Source: an uncultured Acidobacteriaceae bacterium
Lineage (GTDB): Bacteria; Acidobacteriota; Terriglobia; Terriglobales; Acidobacteriaceae
Direction of reading: 5' to 3'
Length of the DNA: 64,000 bases
NCBI GenBank assembly: GCA_963774735.1
Contig: CAVZGJ010000008.1
Location: forward strand, 45,543 to 109,542
Part shown: piece after piece, positions 1-10,472 of the stretch
How the letters are laid out: every line of letters begins with the position of its first letter
Numbering within the stretch: position 1 is the first letter of the stretch
Notes under the pieces: generated by a model
Told to the model about the DNA's origin: nothing
Seen by the model: the letters and a program-made list of their open reading frames with translations, nothing else
The model's database searches: none
Translations under genes and position numbers: made by a program

Positions 1-261
1 GCGATCGAAGCACTTAACGGTTGGCTTCTATTCGGCTTGACCACGGCCCTTCTCTTTTGGTTGTTCCAGGAGGTATCACCCGACAATCGTACCCGCCGCT
101 AAATAAGGCGACTACAAGCGCACCAATAAAAATACAGCGCACACCGCTACCACTTTTGCTAGTTGATCGCGAGAGGCGTGCGACAGATGATCATCTTGAC
201 GAGATTTCTCGAGACATCAGATGGGAAAGGCACGCCCGATCATGTCGTAAGGAGTTTTCAA

Positions 262-1692
262 ATGAAGGCTAACCTTGGGAAGAAGATTCTGTCGGCCGCC
301 CTGTGCGTTCCCCTCGTTGCACTAACGACCCCTATTGACGCCAGCGCTGCTATGAACTCTCAAACGGCGGAGCCTCCCCAATCTACGTCCGATTATTCGG
401 GGCAAGGAACACCCCAAACTCCCGCCGAACTGCAAGCGCTTGTTGCACCCATCGCGCTCTATCCGGACGCACTGGTGGCTCAGATTTTAAGTGCATCGAC
501 GTTTCCCGATCAGGTTGCTGTTGCCGACAACTGGCTCCAGACGAACAAAACTCTCACGGGAAGCGCACTCGGCCAGGCGGTCGATAAGCAATCCTGGGAT
601 CCAAGCGTTAAAGCACTGACTCAGTTCCCGTCAGTCTTACACAAGATGGCACAAAGCCTGGCTTGGACTTCCTCCTTGGGTGAGGCGTACCACACTCAGC
701 AGGCCGAAGTGATGACCGCCGTGCAAACCCTGCGCGCAGAAGCGGAGAAGGCAGGTAATCTCAAGTCGGGCGCTCAAATCACGGTGGTGCAGCAAACTCC
801 GCAGACCATCGTGATCCAGCCCACCAACCCGCAGATCGTCTATGTTCCCGAATATAACCCCACCGTGGTCTACGGCACACCATACGTCACCCCGGGCTAC
901 AGCACCGCAGACGTGGTCGCCACAGGAGTAATCGCCTTCGGTGCAGGATTAGCGATCGGCGCCATGATGAGCGGCGGTTATGGTTGGGGATACAGCAGTT
1001 GGAACTGCAACTGGTACGGTGGCGGAGTTTACTATCACGGTGGCGCCTACTACGGTAACGCCGCCTGGCATGGCGGCTACTACGGTTCCAGTTCGTCCTA
1101 CTACGGAGCTTACGGCAGCGCTCACGCATCCTCTGGATACAACCCTTCCACCGGCACTTATGCGCGCGGAGCGTCGACCTCAACCGCCTACGGCACCCAA
1201 AAAGTAGGACAGGCGTACAACCCAAACACCGGAGCCTACGGCGCCACCCACCAGGGCTCCAACGCCTATTCAAGCTGGGGGAGCTCGACAGCCTCGAAGA
1301 ACGGCCAGACCGTCGACACCCAGCACTATTCGAGCGCCGCCGGGAACTATGGAACAGCCGAGACCTCCAGTGGCAACAAATATGCCACCGCGAACGGCAA
1401 CGCCTACAAGAACACCGGCAGCGGCTGGCAATCAGCGGGCTCGAACTCCGAGGGGGCCCACGGTTGGGGCGACTCCTCCTCCGCCTACCATAACGATGCA
1501 TCCAGTGGAGCCGGCAGGGGATCTTCAGCGTTCAGCGGATTCTCCGGCGGAGGCGGGGGCGGTTGGCAATCGCGATCGTCCAGCGCACGCGGCTGGGGCA
1601 GTGGAGGAGGCGGCGGAGGCTGGGGAGGTCGCAGTGCCGGTGGCGGAGGCTGGGGCGGCGGTGGAGGTTTCCGTGGTGGCGGTCGAAGATAG
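262..1692 (+). CDS. DUF3300 domain-containing exported protein with Gly/Ser/Tyr-rich tail
   Basis: Signal peptide, then LVAPIALYPDxLVAQIL...WDPSVKAL and IVYVPxYNPTVVYG motifs typical of DUF3300. AAGGAG RBS precedes ATG 262. Confidence 0.85.
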   Translation: MKANLGKKILSAALCVPLVALTTPIDASAAMNSQTAEPPQSTSDYSGQGTPQTPAELQALVAPIALYPDALVAQILSASTFPDQVAVADNWLQTNKTLTGSALGQAVDKQSWDPSVKALTQFPSVLHKMAQSLAWTSSLGEAYHTQQAEVMTAVQTLRAEAEKAGNLKSGAQITVVQQTPQTIVIQPTNPQIVYVPEYNPTVVYGTPYVTPGYSTADVVATGVIAFGAGLAIGAMMSGGYGWGYSSWNCNWYGGGVYYHGGAYYGNAAWHGGYYGSSSSYYGAYGSAHASSGYNPSTGTYARGASTSTAYGTQKVGQAYNPNTGAYGATHQGSNAYSSWGSSTASKNGQTVDTQHYSSAAGNYGTAETSSGNKYATANGNAYKNTGSGWQSAGSNSEGAHGWGDSSSAYHNDASSGAGRGSSAFSGFSGGGGGGWQSRSSSARGWGSGGGGGGWGGRSAGGGGWGGGGGFRGGGRR

Positions 1693-1758
1693 GTGTCGCT
1701 TGGTATCGCACGTCGGAAGGCCCCTTCAACAACCAATCACGTTACAGGGAGAACCGCA

Positions 1759-2725
1759 ATGCTAACCGAAGCGCTGAATCCCAAGATGAATCTCTCCCGC
1801 TTCTGCACGAAGATCGTCGTCCTGGCAGTATTTCTGCCTCTCGTCGCTTGCAACACATCGAAAGCACCGGCGCCTGCAGAAGCCGGTCCAAAAACATTCG
1901 CCACACCCGACGACGCCGGCGCCGCGCTTGTCGCCGCCACAAAGACGAACGACCGCAGTGCGCTGCTTGCAATCTTCGGCTCGGGTTCCGCGAATCTTAT
2001 CTTCTCCGGCGATGCGGCCGACGATAAGCGGACAGCAGAGAACTTCACAAACGCCTATCAAACCTTGAGCCGCTGGCGCAACCAACCCGATGGCAGCAAA
2101 ATTCTCGTGGTAGGGGCGGACAATAACCCTTTTCCAATTCCACTCGAGAAGAATAGCGCAGGACAATGGTCCTTCGATACCGCAGCCGGAAAGACTGAAA
2201 TTCTCGCCCGGCGGGTGGGAGAAAACGAACTCGCGACGATCGACGTAATGAATGCGATGGCCGATGCCCAGGCTCAATACCTGGCACAACATCACGACGG
2301 CGTAAAGCAGTACGCTCAGAAGTTCGTCAGCGACGAAGGAAAACAGAACGGACTCTACTGGAAATCCGCGGAAGGAAAGCCTAAGAAGCCCGCTAGGTCC
2401 GCTAGTGGCATTCGCCTCGACAGAAGGATTCAGCCCTCAGGCAGGGAAGCAGCAGCCATTTCACGGCTACTTCTACCGCATGCTCACGAAACAGGGCGCC
2501 GACGCCAAGGGTGGAGCGAAGGATTACATCGTCAACGGAAAGATGACCGGGGGCTTCGCCTTTATCGCGTATCCGGAGAAATACGGCGACACCGGAATCG
2601 CGACATTCATCCTTAATCAGAACGGCATCCTCTACGACAAGGACCTCGGCAACAGCACGACCGATACCGCAACGGCAACCACAGAATTCAATCCTGACAA
2701 AACCTGGACGGTGGTACCCGAGTGA
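1759..2725 (+). CDS. DUF2950 family lipoprotein (apparent 1-bp frameshift ~2386)
   Basis: Lipobox LVAC. PFPIPL, EILARRVGENEL, YAQKFVSDxGKxNGLYW and PFHGYFYR..GFAFIAYPxxYGDTGI motifs are split over ORFs 1693-2616 and 2405-2725. Usual partner of DUF3300. Confidence 0.8.
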
Positions 2726-2797
2726 GTAAGAATTAGTTACGCAGGCGGAGGTTGAAGAAAGACGCCCTGCGATCTCTAGTCGTCGAGGCTGCCCGGA

Positions 2798-4021
2798 ATG
2801 AGCAATATATCCGGATTTCAGTTGAGGGCCCTTCTGGTTGCTCTTTTTGCCATCATGCTATTGGAGGGCGTCTTGGATATTCACGCTGCACAACTGAATT
2901 CCCTCAATAGCGGCACAGCGCAAGAAGCAACCGGGAGCGGAAAGACTAATCCGTCTTCTCAATCGAAGACCAAAGAGAACTCCGAAAAGAAGAAGAAGAA
3001 GAAGAAATTGGGCCTCCCCGGTTCTATCGTTGCCGCGCCGCTTCCGATTGTGAGTCCGGCCATAGGTGCCGGAATCATCCCGGCTGTCGGCTACATCTTT
3101 CCGTTCGGCAAAGATGACAAGATATCTCCTCCGTCAACCGTCGGCGCGGCAGGCCTCATCACCGACAACGGTAGTCGTGGATTCGCTGTGGGAGCGCAAT
3201 TGTTCATGAAAGAGAACAAATACGAGATCACGTCGCTCTACTTTCAAGGCAATGTGAATTACAACCTCTACGGAGTTGGCACCGCTGCGGGCGATGCGAA
3301 TCTCAAAATACCGCTTGACCAGACTGGCCATCTCTATTTCGGCGAGGCATTGCGCCGGATTCCTTGGCAGTTTTTCATCGGCCCTCGATTTTTCACTGGA
3401 GACTCGGTTATTACCGTAAGGCCGAGCACGGGCGAAACCGCTGTTCCTCCCGCCGACCTTGGCCTTCACACTACCCTCCGTGCTGTGGGGCTACAGCTGT
3501 CGCGCGACACTCGCCCAAACCACTTTTACCCCACCGCGGGAATGTTCACGCAGTTCACATCAGACTTTTTTGCCAAGGCGCTCGGCAGCAAATATACCTT
3601 TCAGAGTTACAGATTCACATTCAACAAATACTGGACCGTTGGGAAGAACCAGGTTCTTGCCTACAACCTGTTCAGTTGCAACACAGGCGGCGATCCTCCG
3701 TTTTACGGCAACTGCATCTATGGCACGAACAACGAACTCCGCGGATATGAGGCCGGTCGCTACCTCGATCGCTACATGATCGCAACTCAAGTCGAGTATC
3801 GCGTGTCGCTGCCAAAGAAGCTTGGCCTTGCGGCATTTGGCGGTATCGGCGAAGTCATTCCAGGCGGCAAAGAGATCTTCAGAATCAATAATCTTCTCCC
3901 CAGCATAGGGGGAGGTCCCAGGTTCGAGTTGAGTAAGAAATATCATGTCAATCTTCGCGCTGACTTCGCGAAAGGCAAAGATAGTTGGACATGGAGCATG
4001 GGCGTAGGCGAAGCATTCTAA
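2798..4021 (+). CDS. BamA/TamA (Omp85) family outer-membrane beta-barrel protein
   Basis: Signal peptide, LRGY motif, amphipathic strands, C-terminal GEAF. Confidence 0.75.
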   Translation: MSNISGFQLRALLVALFAIMLLEGVLDIHAAQLNSLNSGTAQEATGSGKTNPSSQSKTKENSEKKKKKKKLGLPGSIVAAPLPIVSPAIGAGIIPAVGYIFPFGKDDKISPPSTVGAAGLITDNGSRGFAVGAQLFMKENKYEITSLYFQGNVNYNLYGVGTAAGDANLKIPLDQTGHLYFGEALRRIPWQFFIGPRFFTGDSVITVRPSTGETAVPPADLGLHTTLRAVGLQLSRDTRPNHFYPTAGMFTQFTSDFFAKALGSKYTFQSYRFTFNKYWTVGKNQVLAYNLFSCNTGGDPPFYGNCIYGTNNELRGYEAGRYLDRYMIATQVEYRVSLPKKLGLAAFGGIGEVIPGGKEIFRINNLLPSIGGGPRFELSKKYHVNLRADFAKGKDSWTWSMGVGEAF

Positions 4022-4084
4022 CCAGCAGTGCTCGTTAGCTCTCGCCGTTGTGGCGCCAGCGACGAAACGGGAGGAAAGGATTCT

Positions 4085-4504
4085 ATGGGCCATGAGACGG
4101 TACCGGAAGATATTGGCACGATTCTCGCTGAGAAGCGAACCGATCTCGCCATCCAACGCACAAGCATGGCAGCGGAAAGATCCCTCATGGCCTGGGTTCG
4201 AACCTCGCTTTCGATGATCGGCTTCGGTTTCAGCATTTACAAGTTCTTCCAGTACCTGCCGGAGGAGCTTGCCGCCGGAAATATCAAGCGCCCGCAGGCA
4301 CCGCGCAATCTGGGACTGACACTGATTGCTCTAGGCACTCTGGCATTAGCCGCTGCAACTTGGCAACACTGGAGATTCCTGAAAGAGATTCACACAGCCC
4401 GGAAGAGCAATAACTGGTCCATCGCTTTCGTAGTTGCGATTCTTGTCGTTGTGATCGGGCTCGTCACGTTCTACGGTGTTCTGCTACGCCACGGCCCCTT
4501 TTAG
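4085..4504 (+). CDS. DUF202 (YidH-like) membrane protein
   Basis: RTxMAAERSLMAWVRTSLSMIGFGF motif and three TM segments. GGAGGA RBS. Confidence 0.8.
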   Translation: MGHETVPEDIGTILAEKRTDLAIQRTSMAAERSLMAWVRTSLSMIGFGFSIYKFFQYLPEELAAGNIKRPQAPRNLGLTLIALGTLALAAATWQHWRFLKEIHTARKSNNWSIAFVVAILVVVIGLVTFYGVLLRHGPF

Positions 4505-4545
4505 TTGAGAATATCTCTGCCAATTCGCACTGAGGAGAAACCAAA

Positions 4546-5202
4546 ATGACCCTCCCAGACTTCCCCAACCTCGACTTATTCTCTGCCGGAATCAACGCCC
4601 TGAACGGGGCGCTCGTCGCGCAGAACCCATCGCACAATCGCGGATACACTGCAGCGGGCCTCCTGATTATGGCCTTCTTCGGCGGTATCGGCGGCGGCGT
4701 GTCACGCGATGTACTGCTCAATGACATCCCCTCGCCCTTCAGGAGCCCGATCTATTTTGTCGTGTGCCTTCTGATGGGTTTGCTGGGGCTCGGAATCTAT
4801 CGTTACCTCGCATCGAAGGAAGAACGATTCCGCAGGAGGATGCTGGCCTACTTTAAGTCTTTCTCGTTGCCCTGGTTTGCGACTCTTGGTGCGCATAAAG
4901 CGCTCGAGCACGACCTTGGAATCTTCGCCGCGATCGTCATTGGCGTGATCGCCACCAACGCCGGCGGTGTATTCATCGACCTCTTCTCCGGTGTAACGCC
5001 GGAGATCGTAAGGCCGTCGGAGCAACTCGTCAGCGCATCGGTGCTGGCGGCGGGAGTCTACGCTGTGCTTGGGACGTACGAGAAGTCGAGCACCTCCTTC
5101 TTTCCCGTTACGCTGATCTCCGTGCTGATCGCGTTCGTCTTCCGAGTGTGCGCTGTTCGCGAGCACTGGCCGTCGATCGTGCCAACAGCCAAACCCACCT
5201 AG
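4546..5202 (+). CDS. TRIC cation channel / UPF0126 family membrane protein
   Basis: Duplicated GGGxxRD-like motifs (GIGGGVSRDVLL, NAGGVFIDL), multiple TM helices, GAGGAG RBS. Confidence 0.75.
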   Translation: MTLPDFPNLDLFSAGINALNGALVAQNPSHNRGYTAAGLLIMAFFGGIGGGVSRDVLLNDIPSPFRSPIYFVVCLLMGLLGLGIYRYLASKEERFRRRMLAYFKSFSLPWFATLGAHKALEHDLGIFAAIVIGVIATNAGGVFIDLFSGVTPEIVRPSEQLVSASVLAAGVYAVLGTYEKSSTSFFPVTLISVLIAFVFRVCAVREHWPSIVPTAKPT

Positions 5203-5435
5203 GGACCAACCGTATCCTGACCGGCGAAATACCTGATTCCACCACTATTACCCCAGCGAATGCGGCTCAGCACTGCCGCATCCGCCGCCACTCCCCCGTG
5301 TACTCTTGAACATCCGCTTGAATGCCCGAATGAGTGCCGCCGGGTCGCGCCGTCGAAGGGCCTGCCCCGGGCCTGTCGAAGCGACATGCATTGGCCACAT
5401 CGCGAACCGCCACATGCACTACCCTTGAACAAGCC

Positions 5436-6284
5436 ATGCCACTCATCGACACCCACGCCCACCTCGACTTCTACACCGAGACTCCAACTGACCGCACCGA
5501 AGTCCTGCGCCGCGCCTACGACGCCGGTGTCCACACCATCCTCGCCATCGGCATCGGCGAAGGCCCCGACACCATGCACCAGGCCCTCGACATCGCCACC
5601 TCCAACAACGGCCCCACCCTCCCCACTCTCTACGCCAGCGCCGGAATCCACCCTCAGGAGGCCGCCAGCGCCACCCCCGAAGCCCTGGCCAAACTCGAAA
5701 CCCTGGCCGCAAACCCACGCTGCATCGCCATCGGCGAGATCGGCCTCGACTACTACCACGTCGAAAATCCCAACCCTGACATCCAGAAGCAAGCCTTCAT
5801 CGCCCAAATGGAAGTAGCCGCCGCCGCACGCAAGCCCATCATCATTCACTGCCGCACCAGCGAGCTCGCCACCCCCCAGGCAAAACAAAAATTCGGCGGC
5901 GCCGACGCCTGGCAGGACCTCCTCGACCTCATCGCCGAACACTGGACTCCGCACAACCTCGGCGGCATAATGCACTGCTTCTCGGGAGGCATTCCCGAAG
6001 CCGAGCGCTCCCTGGCCGCCGGCTTCCACCTCTCTTTTGCCGGCAACCTCACCTACCCCAAATCCCAATCTATCCGCGAAGCCGCCGAACTCGCCCCCAC
6101 CCACCGCCTCCTCGTCGAAACCGACGCCCCATTTCTCGCCCCCATCCCCCTCCGCGGCCAGCGATGCGAACCAGCTATGGTCGTCCACACCGCCGCCGCC
6201 CTTGCCGAGCTCCGCGGCACCTCACCCGAAGAGCTCGCAGCCATCACGACCGAAAACTTCCACCGCCTCTTCCGAATTCCGTAA
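5436..6284 (+). CDS. tatD: TatD family hydrolase
   Basis: IDTHAHL, GIHP, IGEIGLDY, IIIHCR, HCFSG and ETDAPFLAP motifs. Confidence 0.92.
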   Translation: MPLIDTHAHLDFYTETPTDRTEVLRRAYDAGVHTILAIGIGEGPDTMHQALDIATSNNGPTLPTLYASAGIHPQEAASATPEALAKLETLAANPRCIAIGEIGLDYYHVENPNPDIQKQAFIAQMEVAAAARKPIIIHCRTSELATPQAKQKFGGADAWQDLLDLIAEHWTPHNLGGIMHCFSGGIPEAERSLAAGFHLSFAGNLTYPKSQSIREAAELAPTHRLLVETDAPFLAPIPLRGQRCEPAMVVHTAAALAELRGTSPEELAAITTENFHRLFRIP

Positions 6285-6385
6285 TCGTTCGAAAGGATGG
6301 GCAAAATCAAATCGGCGAAATCAGTGGCAATCGGCGTTAAACCTCCCCGCTGCGGCATAATAGTATCGACAAAGGACACAACAAC

Positions 6386-6886
6386 ATGGCATCCGACAAC
6401 AGCTTCGACGTAGTCAGCAAAGTAGAGCTTCAGGAAGTAAAAAACGCCATCGACCAGGCCTCGAAAGAGGTCCACGCCCGCTTCGACCTCAAGGACTCCA
6501 AGTCGAAGATCGAACTCGAAGGCACCGACGCCATTCAACTCGCCAGCCAGGACGATTACAAGCTCAAGGCCGTCATCGAAATCCTCTCGCAAAAGCTCGT
6601 CAAGCGCGGCATCTCCCTTAAGAACCTCGAATACGAAAAGGTCGAGGCCGCCTCGAACTCGTCCGTCCGCCAGAAGATCAAACTCAAGCAGGGCATCACC
6701 GGCGACAGCGCCAAAAAAATTGTCGCCAAAATCAAAGACTCCAAACTCAAAGTCCAGGCCAGCATCCAGGGCGACACAGTACGGGTCACCAGCAAGGACC
6801 GTGACGCCCTCCAGCAGGTCATCGCCCTCCTCAAAGGCGGCGACTACGGCGTCGACCTCCAGTTCACCAACTACCGCTCCAACTAG
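6386..6886 (+). CDS. yajQ: YajQ family cyclic di-GMP/nucleotide-binding protein
   Basis: SFDVVSKV, RFDLKDS, KVQASIQGD, RDALQ and LQFTNYR motifs. Confidence 0.93.
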   Translation: MASDNSFDVVSKVELQEVKNAIDQASKEVHARFDLKDSKSKIELEGTDAIQLASQDDYKLKAVIEILSQKLVKRGISLKNLEYEKVEAASNSSVRQKIKLKQGITGDSAKKIVAKIKDSKLKVQASIQGDTVRVTSKDRDALQQVIALLKGGDYGVDLQFTNYRSN

Positions 6887-7008
6887 CCCGGCATCTGTGT
6901 CGAAAATCGAACAAATACCACCCAGTCATCGCTCTGGTCAACATTTTTGGTCGCATTTTTTGATCACATTCTGAAGCAAACTTGACATCCTGATACTCTG
7001 ACTATTAG

Positions 7009-8013
7009 GTGAGTACACTCTCAATCGCGACTGCCGCCGAAGTCTTCGACCTGCTCCGCGACGACCTCGCCGCCATCGAGCAGGAGTTCTCCCGCCAGTC
7101 CGCCTCCAACGTCGAAGTCATCACCGACATCGCCCGCTACCTCATCGCCGGCGGCGGCAAGCGCATCCGCCCACTTCTCCTCCTGCTCTCCGCCAAAGCC
7201 CTCGGCTGCACCAGCGAGAGCCGCATTCGTCTCGGCGCTGTCGTCGAGATGCTCCACACCGCCACCCTCGTCCACGACGACATCATCGACGAAGCCGACA
7301 CCCGCCGCGGCCGCCCCTCCTCCAACACTACCTGGGGCAACTCCAAGTGCGTCCTCGCCGGAGACTGGCTCTACATGCAGGCCTTCAGCGCCGCTCTCGA
7401 AGAACGCAACTTCCGCGTCCTTGAACTGCTCATCTCCCTCACCCAGCAGATGGTTGAAGGCGAGCTCCTCCAGATGCAGAAGCTCGGTCATCTTATCAAC
7501 GAAGAAGAGTACTTCGACCTCATCTTCCGCAAGACCGCCTGCCTCTTCAAAGTCTCCATGCAGCTCGGAGCGGCAGTCACACCCGGCCACGGCTTCGGCA
7601 ATCACGACGAGATCGAATCCCAGCTAGGCGAATACGGCCGCAACCTCGGCCTCGCCTTCCAGATCGTCGACGACGTCCTCGACCTCACAGCCGCCGAAGA
7701 CGTTCTTGGCAAACCCGTAGCCTCAGACCTCCGCGAAGGCAAAGCCACCCTCGCCGTCATCCACGCCCTCGAGCGCGGCACCGGAGCCGACCGCGAGGCC
7801 ATCCGCACGGTCCTCGCCGACCGCAGCTTCGACCGCGTCTCCCACCCGCAGATCCTCGAAATCCTCCACCGACACGGCTCCATCGACTACGCCATGGACA
7901 CCGCCTGCGCCTACGCCGAAGCCGCCCGCCTCACCATCTCCGACCTGCCCCACTCTGAAGCCAAACGAGCCCTGCTCTGGGTCCCCGGCTTCGTCACCAC
8001 CCGCGACCGCTAA
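7009..8013 (+). CDS. ispB: Polyprenyl (octaprenyl) diphosphate synthase
   Basis: GGKRIRP, FARM HDDIID, RRG, SARM FQIVDDVLD and SDLREGK motifs. Confidence 0.88.
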   Translation: MSTLSIATAAEVFDLLRDDLAAIEQEFSRQSASNVEVITDIARYLIAGGGKRIRPLLLLLSAKALGCTSESRIRLGAVVEMLHTATLVHDDIIDEADTRRGRPSSNTTWGNSKCVLAGDWLYMQAFSAALEERNFRVLELLISLTQQMVEGELLQMQKLGHLINEEEYFDLIFRKTACLFKVSMQLGAAVTPGHGFGNHDEIESQLGEYGRNLGLAFQIVDDVLDLTAAEDVLGKPVASDLREGKATLAVIHALERGTGADREAIRTVLADRSFDRVSHPQILEILHRHGSIDYAMDTACAYAEAARLTISDLPHSEAKRALLWVPGFVTTRDR

Positions 8014-8080
8014 TTTTTGGCGAACCTTTTGAAAACTCCGACCGCGAAAGGGCATCTGCCTTTATCTCACTCACCCAGCT

Positions 8081-8308
8081 TCAATTCTCTTCATCCTCCT
8101 CAAAATCCACCACCTTCATCCCCCCACCCCGCTTCTCCACCAGCATCTGAATCTTCCCCTCAGCCGCCTCCAACTCCTTCTTGCAGGCGTCCGACAGCTT
8201 CATCCCCTCTTCAAACAACCGCACCGAGTCCTCCAGCGACAGGTCCCCACCCTCCAGCTTCCCCACCACCTTCTCCAGCGCCGTCAATTGCTCTTCAAAG
8301 CTAGCCAT
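8081..8308 (-). CDS. xseB: Exodeoxyribonuclease VII small subunit
   Basis: SFEEQLTALEKVVGKLEGGDLSLEDSVRLFEEGMKL motif. Confidence 0.92.
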   Translation of the reverse strand: MASFEEQLTALEKVVGKLEGGDLSLEDSVRLFEEGMKLSDACKKELEAAEGKIQMLVEKRGGGMKVVDFEEDEEN

Positions 8309-10260
8309 TACGCCACCTCGCCCTGCCCTGCATCGCTCAACCCGAGCACATCCGCAGCAACACTATATCTTCCAAACGGCGCGCTCACCTGAACCCCCTG
8401 CACCATCGGCCGAGCCTCAGCCAGCATCTCCTGAGCAATCTTCACGCCCTCGATCCTGCCCGCCTCCGGAGTCTTCACCGCGGCCATCCTTGCCATAATG
8501 TCGTCAGGCATGCTCACCCGCAGATCGTTCTTCATGAACTCCGCATTCCGCAAACTCGTAAGCGGCCAAATCCCGGCGATCACCGGAATTCGGAACCCTT
8601 CAATCCTCCGCAGAAACTCCTCCAGCACCCGCAGGTCGAACACCGGCTGAGTAATCGCATACTCAGCGCCTGCCTCCACCTTGTACGCGAACCGCCGAAC
8701 CTCCTGCTCAATATCCGGCACACCCGGATTCGCCGCCACCGCAATCGTGAATTCCGTCGACCCGCCAATCGAGTTCTTCCCGATATCCAATCCATAGTTC
8801 AAATTGTGTACGACATTCACCAAACCAATCGCATCCACATCAAACACCGCCGTCGCATTCGGGTAATTCCCCAGTTTCGGCGGATCCCCCGTCAAACACA
8901 AAATATTCTTCAGCCCAATCGACGAAGCCCCAAGCAAATCACTCTGAATGCTCAGCACATTCCTGTCCCGGCACGTGTAATGCAGAATCGTCTCAATCCC
9001 CACGTGCTGCTGAATCTGCACACAAAGACTCTGCGCACTCATCCTCGCGCTCGCCCGCGGCGAATCCGGCACATTGATCGCGTCCACCCCCAGCCGATGC
9101 AAATACGCCGCGCCGTCAATCTCCTTGCTGCAGTCGATCCCCTTCGGCGGAACAATCTCCACCATCGTCACAAACTCGCCCGCCGCCACCATCGCGCCAA
9201 TCTTCGACCTCGCCGCCAGTGCCGAAGGCTCAACCTTGCTCGCAGCCTTCGCCCCATTCCTGCTCGCGCCAGCCTGCTCCATCACCTGCGCGCCGCCTTC
9301 CATCGCATCCAGCGCCCGCAGCGCGCTCTTCATCGCCCGCGTATAGCCAGGCGTCGTCCCGCAACACCCTCCTACAAACGTCGCCCCCGCCTTCACCGCC
9401 TTCTTCGCAAAGCTCGCCATGTATTCCGGCGAAGTCAGATAAATCGTCCGTCCCTCCACAGCCCGCGGAATCCCCGCATTCGGCATCGCCGCCAGGGGCT
9501 TCGTCGTCACCAGCTTCATCCGCTCAATCACGCTCAGCACCGTCACCGGTCCCGCGCTGCAGTTGCACCCAATCGCATCCGCGCCCCACTCCGTCAGTTT
9601 CAGCGCCGCAGTCTCCGCCGAAGACCCATCCAGGCAGTTCCCTTCCTCATCGACCGTCATCATCACCACAACGGGCACGTCCGGAGCCACATTTCTCGCC
9701 GCCCGTATCGCCTGCTCCGACTCCGCGAGCGAAGTCATCGTCTCAATAATCAACAAGTCCGCACCTACACCCGGACCACCTTCCACCAGCGCTCGAATCT
9801 GCTCCTCAAACGCGCGCCCGCGCTTCATCCAGCCCCACTTTGCCCAGCGGCTCCAGCCTCACGCCCAGCGGTCCGATCGACTCCCGCAACAAACGCCTCG
9901 CTCGCCTGCTTCTCCCGAATTTCGCTTCACACATCCGCGCGCCATCTTTACCCCGGCCAGATTGATCTCCCGAACCTTGTCCTTCAGCCCATGCTGCTCC
10001 AGCCGGAACGCGTTGCCTCCAAACGTGTTCGTCTCAATGACCTCCGCACCAGCCTGCAGATACTCCGCGTGAATCTCCCTGACCAGTTCCGGCTGCGAAA
10101 GATTCAGTTCGTCATAGCACCGGTTGATGAACACGCCCCGCGCATACAGCATCGTCCCCATCGCGCCATCGCAAAGCACGGTCCCGCCGTTAAACAGTCT
10201 GCTGACTGCTCCATACTGCTCCTCGGAAACCGGCTTCGTACCCTCAAATCCAACCGTCAT
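8308..10260 (-). CDS. Bifunctional homocysteine S-methyltransferase / 5,10-methylenetetrahydrofolate reductase (YitJ-type; apparent frameshifts ~9810-9930)
   Basis: N-part DGAMGT and ETNTFG (ORF 9859-10260). C-part GCNC, GGCCGT and MTHFR domain HYTCRDRN, LTGDPP, ITQPVFD (ORF 8308-9828). Confidence 0.88.
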
Positions 10261-10472
10261 GTTCTCTCCAAACCGCTTATCTCATCCTAAGCCACCCGGC
10301 GAAGGCGCTCCAACCCTCTCGCCGCAAACCTGCCATCGAAACAGCTCGCCTCAGCCTTCGAGCTGCGTCTCCTTTGTTATACTTGCCATTAGGGTCGTGG
10401 CCTCCAAAACGCCGCGCTCAGGTTGGAGTTGGTTACCGTTGAAGAATCGAAGTCTCCCTCTTAAGTCTCTCC

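Noticed and set aside
2985..3008. (AAG)n run as a phase-variable repeat
   Set aside because: The trinucleotide unit keeps frame and simply encodes a Lys stretch in a linker.
6982..7008. TTGACA promoter for ispB
   Set aside because: The -35 is perfect, but there is no convincing -10 at 16-18 bp spacing before the start codon.
10261..10472. SAM riboswitch upstream of the methionine synthase/MTHFR gene
   Set aside because: A hairpin (CAGCTCG..CGAGCTG) is present, but I could not find SAM-I or SAM-II consensus elements. An Rfam scan would be decisive.
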